Shown here: positions 1-7,761 of the stretch, piece by piece
Layout of the letters: each line of letters starts with the position of its first letter
Position numbering within the stretch: the first letter of the stretch is position 1
Origin: Bdellovibrionota bacterium
Lineage (GTDB): Bacteria > Bdellovibrionota_C > UBA2361 > OMII01
Assembly (NCBI GenBank): GCA_044345405.1
Contig: JBIJBE010000001.1
Location: 64,001-128,000 of the forward strand
Length of the DNA: 64,000 nucleotides
Reading direction: 5' to 3'
The notes under the pieces: model-generated
Seen by the model: only the letters and a program-made list of their open reading frames with translations
What the model was told of the DNA's origin: nothing
Databases searched by the model: none
Position numbers and translations under genes: made by a program

Positions 1-58
1 ATGATTAGGCTCAATTCAGTGATGTTTCCGTCCGATGCTCCATTTAGAGCTAAATCCT

Positions 59-85
59 TACAAAGAGTTGGGGAGTGTCCGATAC
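59..85 (+). promoter_or_regulatory. Putative sigma-28 (FliA)-type promoter of the T3SS-like operon
   Basis: TACA-N15-TCCGATAC versus the consensus TAAA-N15-GCCGATAA; about 35 nt upstream of the ATG at 119. Confidence 0.4.
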
Positions 86-118
86 CCACCTGCGAGGGAT
101 TCTTAGATAAGGGAAGCG

Positions 119-1465
119 ATGTTCGCGCTTGAGATAGGTTTCAAAGGTGAGAGTCCGGTATCGGAGACGATCTTCATTCGTCGTCCGACCGCGCTGATAA
201 GCGCGAAGGATTCGGCGCACGTCGTGGTTGAGGACATGGCGTCGCTTGGTTATGGGATATTGATTACTCGTGATGTAGGTCGGCGATTCCGTCTCTCTCC
301 CGTGTCAGATAACGCCGGCGCGTATACCCCACAGTTCCTGGAAGGTCTGTACGAAGGTGAGGCGGTGGTCGATCTCGGTCCGTTGGTGCTGCGATTGACC
401 GCGCTCGATAACGATCTTTTGCCGAAGGAGGCGGAGTCCCCTGACCGCGCGGGTATACGTGTGCTGCGGCAGGCGTGTGCCGGAGATGGTCCGAAATTTC
501 CGGCGGTTCTTCTTGTGTCAAATCCGCCGGCGACGATCTCGTTCGTCCCTGAGCAACCGTTGATGGTAGGACGTTCTCGGCAGTGCTCGTTGCGAGTGGA
601 TACGCCGAGCATCTCATCTCGCCATGCGCGTATCGGTTTTGAGTCCGGTCAATTCTGGGTGGAGGACCTTGGGTCTACAAATGGTACCTTCGTCAACAAA
701 CAGCAGATCTCGGGACGTGTAAACGTGCAACCGGGCGCGCCGATCTCGCTTGGTCGTGATGTGACCCTTGTCGGGATACTCTCGCCGGAGGAGGTGACTG
801 GTGCTCTCCAAACGCCAGAGATACGCTTGGCCAAGCCGGTATTCCATGAGAAGCGGTATCCCTTGCTGGTGTCGCTCTCCGAAACCGCCCGCCCCGCTCA
901 GTTAATGCTGACACCCGGTACCTCGGTCGTATTGGGTCGCGATCCCTCAAGCGATATGTGGCTCGGTGTGCCGCATGTGTCACGTAAGCATTGCCTCGTT
1001 GAGGTCACTATGTCGGGTGTTGTTCGTGTTACCGATACGAGCACGAACGGTACGAGTTACGATGCAGGCATTCTTCACAAGGACCAATCGTTCGAGTCCA
1101 CGGAGAAACCGCACTGCCTCGACTTCGGTGGGGGTGTTACGGTCGGCATATGCTTCTCGCAAGCGGATGAGGAACGTTTCGTCGCTTCAGGCGGGGCTCC
1201 CTCGACCTTTGTAGACGCGAGCAACGGGCTCGCTGTCGGTGAGAGCGGCGCGTCGTCTCGCTCGAACAGAAAGAAGAGTCGAACGACCTTTTTGCGCACA
1301 CCAGATGATTTGCGTCGCGCCGCCGCGGGCGCGAGCGCTAATCCGCTGCGAAGATTTTTGGGAAGGTTGTCAACCAAAGGGCGCCTAGCTCTCTTGGGAG
1401 TTGTGGGGGGCGTTCTCGTCGTCACCTCACTCATCGTTGGTTCTTTAGTATCAGGGATGAATTAG
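119..1465 (+). CDS. Tandem FHA-domain membrane protein
   Basis: Two intact FHA motif sets (VGR..SSRHA..DLGSTNGT; LGR..SRKHC..DTSTNGT) and a single hydrophobic helix at the extreme C-terminus. Confidence 0.85.
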   Translation: MFALEIGFKGESPVSETIFIRRPTALISAKDSAHVVVEDMASLGYGILITRDVGRRFRLSPVSDNAGAYTPQFLEGLYEGEAVVDLGPLVLRLTALDNDLLPKEAESPDRAGIRVLRQACAGDGPKFPAVLLVSNPPATISFVPEQPLMVGRSRQCSLRVDTPSISSRHARIGFESGQFWVEDLGSTNGTFVNKQQISGRVNVQPGAPISLGRDVTLVGILSPEEVTGALQTPEIRLAKPVFHEKRYPLLVSLSETARPAQLMLTPGTSVVLGRDPSSDMWLGVPHVSRKHCLVEVTMSGVVRVTDTSTNGTSYDAGILHKDQSFESTEKPHCLDFGGGVTVGICFSQADEERFVASGGAPSTFVDASNGLAVGESGASSRSNRKKSRTTFLRTPDDLRRAAAGASANPLRRFLGRLSTKGRLALLGVVGGVLVVTSLIVGSLVSGMN

Positions 1466-1519
1466 GAAGGAGCGGGTTGAGCGCGGTGGATGTGGAAGGA
1501 GATTTGAAAGGAGAGAGAT

Positions 1520-2917
1520 ATGGCAAGTGAATCAAGTGAACTTACCTTTGTGCGATGCCCCTCGTGTCGTAGCCTCGTGCCGGTGAGCGCGTCGCGGTGC
1601 CGTATCTGTAACAATCCCCTTGATGGTGGGGGAAAGCCCGCGGAGAGCGACCCATCGAAGCAGGGCGGGCGAGTTCGTCAGAAAACTATCTCCGCTACCG
1701 CGGAGGAACTGATGAGCATGGACGCGCAATCTTCAGAGAGCGTTCCATCTTCAGTCGCTCCAGCGGCGAACCAATCTCAGCCGAGCTTCGGTGATGATGG
1801 TGATCACGAGGAGGTTGATCCTTTGGCTGACTTCCTTCAGGAGTTCGAGGCTGAAGCTGAGGTGGCGAAGCCCGTGGTGTCGGCGCCTCCGCCCCCAACC
1901 GAGAATCCGGTCGCGGCGGCTAATGATGATGAGGATGATGACTTCGACTCCTTTTTGGACGAACTCGATTCCTATGACGCGTCGGTGGAAGCGCCAGCTC
2001 CTAAGCCTCAACACGTCCCCTTTACCGCGCCGGTCGCGGAGCCGCCTTTGAGCTCCGTCTCCGCCGAGGAAGACCCTCTCGAATTCGACCATGGCACCGA
2101 TCCCTTGGCGAATTTTATGACAACTGAGGATGAACTAGATCTCGATATAGCTCCTGAACCGGTGGTCGCTGTTGCTCCACCGGAACCTGAGCCCCAGTAT
2201 GTTCCGAAGCCACCACCGCCGCCGCCGGTTCGACAGGCTCCGCCACGTCAGCAGGTTGAAAAGCGTCCTTCACCTCCGCAGCAGCAACAGCCTCCGAAGC
2301 AACAGCCTCAGCAGCCGGCCGCGAAACAGGCCCGTCCCGTTCATGAGCAGAAGGGGAATCGCGAACAGAAACAGCACAGCTCCCACAATGAACGACGCGA
2401 TAACGCTCCTCGTGATCGTGGGGAGCAACCCCGTCATGAGCATCGGGCTGAGGATGCTCGAAAGGGTGGACACCACGGCGGTGGAAGGCCCCACGAGCGG
2501 TCGCCGGAGCGACCGCAGGAACGGGCGGCAGGTATCTCCGAGGCTCAATCGTCCGGTCCGAAAACTGGAAAGATGAGACCTGGACGCCTCTTCGGTTGGT
2601 TGGTGAGCTTTGAGAGTCCCGATGGTCGAGCGATCGAGCTTCGAGAAGGAAAGTTCTTCGTTACCGGCTCTAGTATAAGGGGAACTGATCTAGTGATCGA
2701 GGACGCGAGTATCTCAACGCCTCACGCCCTCATGTCGGTGAGCGCTGACAAAGGGCTTCTCATTCAGGATCTCATGAGTGAGCGGGGCGTATTCATTCGT
2801 CCAGGTGAACGGGGACAATACAAGCGGGAGGATGGGGTGATTGAGCTCAAACACGGCGATTGGGTTCGATTTGGGGATGTTGAATTTTTGGTAACGGTAG
2901 TGCCGTCAGGAAAATAA
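1520..2917 (+). CDS. Zinc-ribbon / disordered linker / FHA-like domain protein
   Basis: N-terminal CPSC..CRIC; acidic, Pro/Gln-rich linker; C-terminal GWLV..DLVIEDASISTPHA..QDLMSERG..LKHGDWVRFG FHA fold; GGAG RBS. Confidence 0.8.
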   Translation: MASESSELTFVRCPSCRSLVPVSASRCRICNNPLDGGGKPAESDPSKQGGRVRQKTISATAEELMSMDAQSSESVPSSVAPAANQSQPSFGDDGDHEEVDPLADFLQEFEAEAEVAKPVVSAPPPPTENPVAAANDDEDDDFDSFLDELDSYDASVEAPAPKPQHVPFTAPVAEPPLSSVSAEEDPLEFDHGTDPLANFMTTEDELDLDIAPEPVVAVAPPEPEPQYVPKPPPPPPVRQAPPRQQVEKRPSPPQQQQPPKQQPQQPAAKQARPVHEQKGNREQKQHSSHNERRDNAPRDRGEQPRHEHRAEDARKGGHHGGGRPHERSPERPQERAAGISEAQSSGPKTGKMRPGRLFGWLVSFESPDGRAIELREGKFFVTGSSIRGTDLVIEDASISTPHALMSVSADKGLLIQDLMSERGVFIRPGERGQYKREDGVIELKHGDWVRFGDVEFLVTVVPSGK

Positions 2918-2922
2918 ATCGC

Positions 2923-3744
2923 ATGAAAGCGCGCTACGCTATCACCTTAGGTTTGTGCATCGCCCTCTCGACGGGGTGCGGTTCGTCACCTGTGGCGGAT
3001 GACCTAGGTCAGCGCGAGGCGAACAAGCTTGTCGCGGTTCTCGGTGAGCACGGCATTCAGGCGCATGTTGAGAAGGGGCGAGGATCTAAGGCGCGGTACT
3101 CAGTACAAGTCGCCTCGGGTGACTTCGGCGGGGCCGTCGCGTTGCTGACGAAGCTCGGACTTCCGGCGGAGCGTGGTGCATCGTTTCAGGACCTGATGGC
3201 TCCGAGCGGGATCTTGCCACCTTCTCAGGACGTGGAAAATCTTCGAATGGATCGGGCGATCGCCTCGGAGGTCGAGGAGCTTCTCCTCGGGCACGGCGCT
3301 ATATCCTCGGTAAGCGTGATCGTGCGGTCTCACGCGATCCCCAACGGGACCGAGCCGTCGGTTTCGATCGTCGCCCAAGTTAAGAAGGGGTCGGTGTTTG
3401 ATCAGGATAAACTGCGTGAAGCGGTAACTCGCGCGGTTCCGGGGGTCAAACCCTCGACCATCTCTTTTTCTGTCAGCGAGCAAGCGTTTGGTGGTGGCGG
3501 GGTGAGTGAGGAGCCGCTCGTACCCTTTCTCTCGTATTGGAAGGTGCCGGTGAGTGAATACAACAGCCTCGCGTACCTACTGATTGGTTTAATGAGCGTA
3601 GTCGCGTTCTTTACCGGAGTGGCTGGATACATCTACGGGCAATACGACGCTACGAAGGTTGGTGAGTCGTCTTCGAGCTCGACATCCGCGGCTCAAGCGC
3701 GCGCTCGAACGGTTCGTACTCGCGAGGAGGATGAAGGGGTATGA
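2923..3744 (+). CDS. sctJ: Type III secretion inner-membrane ring lipoprotein (SctJ/YscJ/EscJ family)
   Basis: Lipobox LSTGC; DLGQREANKLVAVLGEHGIQA and AVALLTKLGLP..SGILPP motifs typical of SctJ; C-terminal TM helix. Confidence 0.85.
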   Translation: MKARYAITLGLCIALSTGCGSSPVADDLGQREANKLVAVLGEHGIQAHVEKGRGSKARYSVQVASGDFGGAVALLTKLGLPAERGASFQDLMAPSGILPPSQDVENLRMDRAIASEVEELLLGHGAISSVSVIVRSHAIPNGTEPSVSIVAQVKKGSVFDQDKLREAVTRAVPGVKPSTISFSVSEQAFGGGGVSEEPLVPFLSYWKVPVSEYNSLAYLLIGLMSVVAFFTGVAGYIYGQYDATKVGESSSSSTSAAQARARTVRTREEDEGV

Positions 3745-3962
3745 GTTTGGGAACTTGGAGATCCTTGAGTCCACGAGAGCGCGCGTTGGTCGCGGTCGCC
3801 GTGTTGGTTGATGGAAACGATTCGAGGATCTACCTCGAGTGCGACGCCGATAAGTCGGAGCAGCTCAAGAGAGCGGCTGATGAGTTATGTAGTCTCGAGG
3901 TGGACGCGCGTCTCGCGTTCGTTGGAACGGTTCTACGACTTGCTCTTGAGGAGGGTGAGTAA
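3741..3962 (+). CDS. Small T3SS-associated protein, possibly FliG-N/SctK-like
   Basis: ATGA overlap with the sctJ stop; helical 73 aa; LSPRERALVAVAVL resembles the FliG N-terminal helix. Confidence 0.55.
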   Translation: MSLGTWRSLSPRERALVAVAVLVDGNDSRIYLECDADKSEQLKRAADELCSLEVDARLAFVGTVLRLALEEGE

Positions 3963-3963
3963 T

Positions 3964-4332
3964 GTGGCAACCACCAAAGAGGAGTTGGAACTGTATCGAG
4001 AGAAGGTTTTCGAGGAGCTCAAGGCGCGAACGGTGCGGCTCCAAGAGATCGACACCGCGATCGCCTCAAATCGTTACCTTCTTGAGCGCGCGGGCCCCTC
4101 AAGCGGGTTACGCTCGGGGAACACCCTGCGTATCCTCGCCGGAGCTTCGCACAAGGCTCGCCTCCTCCGAGAGCATGAGCGGTTGGAGCGACAACGACGG
4201 GAGGCCGCGGCGGACCTCAAGCGAGCGGAGGAGCGACTTGCCGATGTGGATCAGGAGCTCGAAGAGTTCGAGATGGAAACGGCCAGTGATGGTGTGAGCG
4301 ACGGGGACGAAGGAAGAACGGGAGAGGACTAA
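3964..4332 (+). CDS. Coiled-coil protein, SctO/FliJ-like stalk candidate
   Basis: GTG at 3964 after a GAGG RBS, in the frame of ORF 3808..4332; R/E-rich heptads; abuts sctQ. Confidence 0.6.
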   Translation: MATTKEELELYREKVFEELKARTVRLQEIDTAIASNRYLLERAGPSSGLRSGNTLRILAGASHKARLLREHERLERQRREAAADLKRAEERLADVDQELEEFEMETASDGVSDGDEGRTGED

Positions 4333-5367
4333 GTGAGCGAACGGGATATGACAACGTCAGGAGAGGGGCACGATGTGCAGCTCTGGGAGCCGCACCGAGC
4401 GCTTCGTCGCGTGCAGCCGAGCGACGCTCAATTCTCCCGTGGATTTTTGAGATGTCGACCGGAGAAGTGGTTCCCCGGATTCGCCACGCATTGGCTGCCT
4501 GTTCTCCACGCCCTTGGGGTTGAGGCGAAGATCTCCGAGATTCGACCCGTGTTAGCGAAGCCCCCAGTGAGTGATGTCGCCTTTGTCGGTACCGTTGCTG
4601 GTGAGCAGATGGTTATCGCGATGGAGGGCGCGGACGCCGACACCTTATCTGATGAATTGGTTCCAGGCGCGGGTCCTCGGGCCGCTAGTATCGTGCTTGA
4701 GTATTTCATGCGGCGATTTGTTGGAAGTCTCGGTTTGTCCTGGAGTGGTCCGGAGGCAACGACGGTGACGTTCTCGCGGGATGTTGAGGTCTCAATGGTT
4801 CCCGTTGTGGGATCTATCCGGATATCGTGTACGGTTAACACCGTACCACTCACCCTTTGGATCGGCTTAGGCGCGCGGATGGTGGAGACGCTTGACGGAT
4901 TGTGGCGAAGGCAGGTTCAACTCCTCTCGAAGGTCGCGGCGGGCAGCTCCGTTGTTCGGTTGGAGATCGCGCAGCTCGGAGTCCCTCCACAGATGTTATC
5001 TGAGTATCTCAGTAAGGGGACTGTAATTGATCTCGAGGTAAAGGCGTCGGAATCCATCACGATAAAGGTCGGCGCTAAGCCGTGGATGCCCGCCCGTGTG
5101 CTTGATGTTGGCGGAAAACTAGGTTGCGAGATGACCCCTGGAGCGTTAACCGTTCCTCAGATAGCCGAGGGGGCCACGCAGCTCTCGGTGGAATTTGGAT
5201 CTTTTGAGCTGGACGCCGCTCAGTTGGCGGAGTTGAGTCAGGGGGGCTCTATCTTGACGACCGTTCTTCCAGTTTCGGGATTGGTGAATCTTGTTATTAA
5301 CCAGGAGAAGGTCGCTGAGGCTCGGTTATGTGTGTACGAGGGCCGATTCGCGATAGAGGTTCAGTAA
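4333..5367 (+). CDS. sctQ: T3SS sorting-platform / C-ring protein (SctQ, FliM/FliN SPOA family)
   Basis: Two C-terminal SPOA-like repeats (..LSKGTVIDL..; LSVEFG..LAELSQGGSIL..VNLVINQEKVAEARL..EGRFAIEV); operon context. Confidence 0.7.
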   Translation: MSERDMTTSGEGHDVQLWEPHRALRRVQPSDAQFSRGFLRCRPEKWFPGFATHWLPVLHALGVEAKISEIRPVLAKPPVSDVAFVGTVAGEQMVIAMEGADADTLSDELVPGAGPRAASIVLEYFMRRFVGSLGLSWSGPEATTVTFSRDVEVSMVPVVGSIRISCTVNTVPLTLWIGLGARMVETLDGLWRRQVQLLSKVAAGSSVVRLEIAQLGVPPQMLSEYLSKGTVIDLEVKASESITIKVGAKPWMPARVLDVGGKLGCEMTPGALTVPQIAEGATQLSVEFGSFELDAAQLAELSQGGSILTTVLPVSGLVNLVINQEKVAEARLCVYEGRFAIEVQ

Positions 5368-5378
5368 GGTAGGGGACT

Positions 5379-5627
5379 ATGTCAGGAACGATAGGTGGTC
5401 CGCCGGATTCATTCTCGCTCTCGCCGTTACTCGCGCTGTTGCCAGACGGGGGAAGTCTTTATCGCCTGGAGACGCTGGTGTCATCCCTTTACGCTCGGCA
5501 GGAAACGGTAGAGGCGTTGCGTGAGGACGCTCCCGACAGAGACAGTGAACGCAGGTACGCGAGCGAGGCCGCGATGCTGCGCCAGATCCTTGAGTGGCTC
5601 TCAGAGAGACCTGGGGAGGGGGAGTAG
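5379..5627 (+). CDS. Small hypothetical protein in the T3SS-like operon
   Basis: GGGGA RBS; fills the gap between sctQ and the TPR gene. Confidence 0.6.
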   Translation: MSGTIGGPPDSFSLSPLLALLPDGGSLYRLETLVSSLYARQETVEALREDAPDRDSERRYASEAAMLRQILEWLSERPGEGE

Positions 5628-5628
5628 G

Positions 5629-6066
5629 ATGGACTCAACCCAGCGGCGACCGGTCGATACCCCGAGACGAAAATACTCAGAGGATGAGGTCAACGACATC
5701 TATCAGCTTGGCAAGCTGTGGCTTGAGACGGGGCAACACAAGCGAGCCGAGTCAATCATGAGTGGCCTTAATGAGGTCGCGCCCGATTTTGCGCCCGCCT
5801 GGTTGGGAACCGCTTTTCTCCGGTCCATCAGCGGCAACTACGATGGAGCGCTCATTGCGGTGAATACCGCCCTTCGCATTGAGCCTGAGAGCGCCGAGGC
5901 GATGGTCTACCTCGTGGCGATCTCTCTAACGGTTGGCGACGCCAGCACGGCTGGTACCTACCTGGGCGAGATTGGAGAAGCGATAGAGCAGGGAAAGGTA
6001 GCGAACCAGAACGTGATCCGATTCTACAAGATGCAACTCGCGCGGTATCAGGCGCGGGGGAGGTAG
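5629..6066 (+). CDS. TPR protein, class II T3SS chaperone (SycD/LcrH)-like
   Basis: ATG at 5629 after GGAG; IYQLGKLWLETG..AE..PDFAPAWLG TPR pattern; about 145 aa. Confidence 0.7.
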   Translation: MDSTQRRPVDTPRRKYSEDEVNDIYQLGKLWLETGQHKRAESIMSGLNEVAPDFAPAWLGTAFLRSISGNYDGALIAVNTALRIEPESAEAMVYLVAISLTVGDASTAGTYLGEIGEAIEQGKVANQNVIRFYKMQLARYQARGR

Positions 6067-6122
6067 GGCGACGCGGCGACAGGCGACGGTCGCCGGAATG
6101 CCGCGAATTTGAATGCGTCCAC

Positions 6123-7484
6123 CTACGCTGGCTGCGCCACCACCTCTCTCACCGGAACATCGATCACGATTCCAGACTCCACCAGGTACTTGAGTAGGTG
6201 TTGATTGACGTTGTTGAGGCTCAAGGAAGCGGCTGTTACCATACCGCTCTGTGGATATGAGATCTGCTCGATGCTAAATTTAATCAGCTCGAGGTAGAAG
6301 GTGAAGAGGCTTGACTCTACCGGATAGGTGAGGAGCCTCACGTTCTGTTGAAAGAGACGAGCGGATGCTTCAAGCACACCACCCTCAAGGAGTTTGTATC
6401 GTTCATCCTCCAACAGAAGGGGCAAGAGGTTTGCGCTCACAATGAATCCGATTGGTGACTTCGAGAAACGACGCAGGTACTCCGTCAATCGGAAGAACTC
6501 TGAGTAGTTGCTCACCAGGATATTGTGTCCGAATTTGCACAACTGCTCGACAACGGTCAGAACCTCATCGTCGGTTGATTGCTGCGCTCGAAGGATGTTG
6601 TTGAGGGTTAGCTCAAGAACGTACACCGCTTCTTGGTCCCGCTCTCCCGACACGGCCCGTAGTTGATTCTTACAGGACCCAACGAGATCCGGAAACATGT
6701 GGTGGAGCGCGCGGAATGAGCCGCGCTCAAGGAGGATCGGTCGCTTGTGAAAGAACTCCGTCGGAGGGATCGGCTTTTGGTCGACGTCGAACAAGATCGC
6801 GCTCGCCAGCCCCTTGCGGAGAAGTGATACCGTTAGGAGTTTATGATCGACCTTTTCGAACGCGGGGCCGCTGAGCTCGACATAATCCACCTCAAGTCGT
6901 TTGTTCGAGATGCCGTCAAGGAGATGCTCGAGGAAGAGATTCATGTCGTGGTGGAGGTAAAACGCTCCGTAGGTAAGGTTGACCCCGATAAGCCCTAGCG
7001 CTTCCTGCTGTCTAACGTTATCCGGGTCCATCATGTGAACATGCAGGAGGATCTGATTGGGCTGAGACTTCGGTGTCGCTTGAAAGCGAATGCCGAGCCA
7101 TCCGTGACACTCATTTGTGCCGGCGAAGTTACGCGCCGATACGGTGTCCGCAACCGTGAAGAATCCTGTGGTCGCGCCTCGAGAAGCATCGAGTCGCTCA
7201 ATGAGCAAGCTGTACTCATGATTGAGCATCGAGATGAGTCGCTCTTTGGAGACGTATCTGCCGGTTCTTCCGTAGATGCTGTCGCTCACCGTCATGTCGT
7301 AGGCCGACATCGACTTCGCGACCGTTCCTGAGGCTCCGCCGACGTGGAAAAAGAGGCTGGCGATCTCTTGTCCCGCGCCGATCTCAGCGAAGGTGCCGTA
7401 GCGTGAGGCGTCAAGGTTGATGTGCAGAGCCTTTTGGTGAGGATCTTTAAGGGGCTGGAATTCGAGGGGGACGGCGGTATTCAT
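6123..7484 (-). CDS. Conserved cytoplasmic protein with CinA/PncC-like N-terminus and nucleotidyltransferase-like C-terminus
   Basis: KALHINLD..YGTFAEIGAGQE..GGASGTVAKSMSAYDM family signature; LERGSF motif; start set at MNTAV. Confidence 0.7.
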   Translation of the reverse strand: MNTAVPLEFQPLKDPHQKALHINLDASRYGTFAEIGAGQEIASLFFHVGGASGTVAKSMSAYDMTVSDSIYGRTGRYVSKERLISMLNHEYSLLIERLDASRGATTGFFTVADTVSARNFAGTNECHGWLGIRFQATPKSQPNQILLHVHMMDPDNVRQQEALGLIGVNLTYGAFYLHHDMNLFLEHLLDGISNKRLEVDYVELSGPAFEKVDHKLLTVSLLRKGLASAILFDVDQKPIPPTEFFHKRPILLERGSFRALHHMFPDLVGSCKNQLRAVSGERDQEAVYVLELTLNNILRAQQSTDDEVLTVVEQLCKFGHNILVSNYSEFFRLTEYLRRFSKSPIGFIVSANLLPLLLEDERYKLLEGGVLEASARLFQQNVRLLTYPVESSLFTFYLELIKFSIEQISYPQSGMVTAASLSLNNVNQHLLKYLVESGIVIDVPVREVVAQPA

Positions 7485-7761
7485 GTTCCGGAAGGTTACT
7501 CCATACTCACGGTACGCAAAAGCGGCAATTTGGACGAGAATCCGTGTAAGCCACTCGTATTCCACATGATATGACGGCGGTTTTTATACGCTCTCGAGCG
7601 TGCTCGCGTTACTTTCAACCGTCCGAGCCGGGCTGAGAGGGTGTGTATGGTGAGTTTGCGCGAGTTCTTTTTAGGGAGGTTGAGATTTCTTAAGAACCGA
7701 GTTCATGGGACGACGGTAAAAGTGCTTCCTCCTTGAAAGGAAGTGCGCTACGAAACGAGCC

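Noticed and set aside
3962-4297. 111-aa ORF in the alternative frame
   Set aside because: R/S-rich shadow of the coiled-coil gene that starts at GTG 3964.
2923-5367. Flagellar fliF/fliM/fliN assignment
   Set aside because: The ring protein is a short lipoprotein like SctJ, not a two-TM FliF, and no flagellar genes are nearby.
6063-6096. GTAGGGCGAC..GGTCGCCG as another REP copy
   Set aside because: The resemblance is partial and too degenerate to count.
6123-7484. TonB-dependent receptor label
   Set aside because: No signal peptide, plug or beta-barrel pattern.
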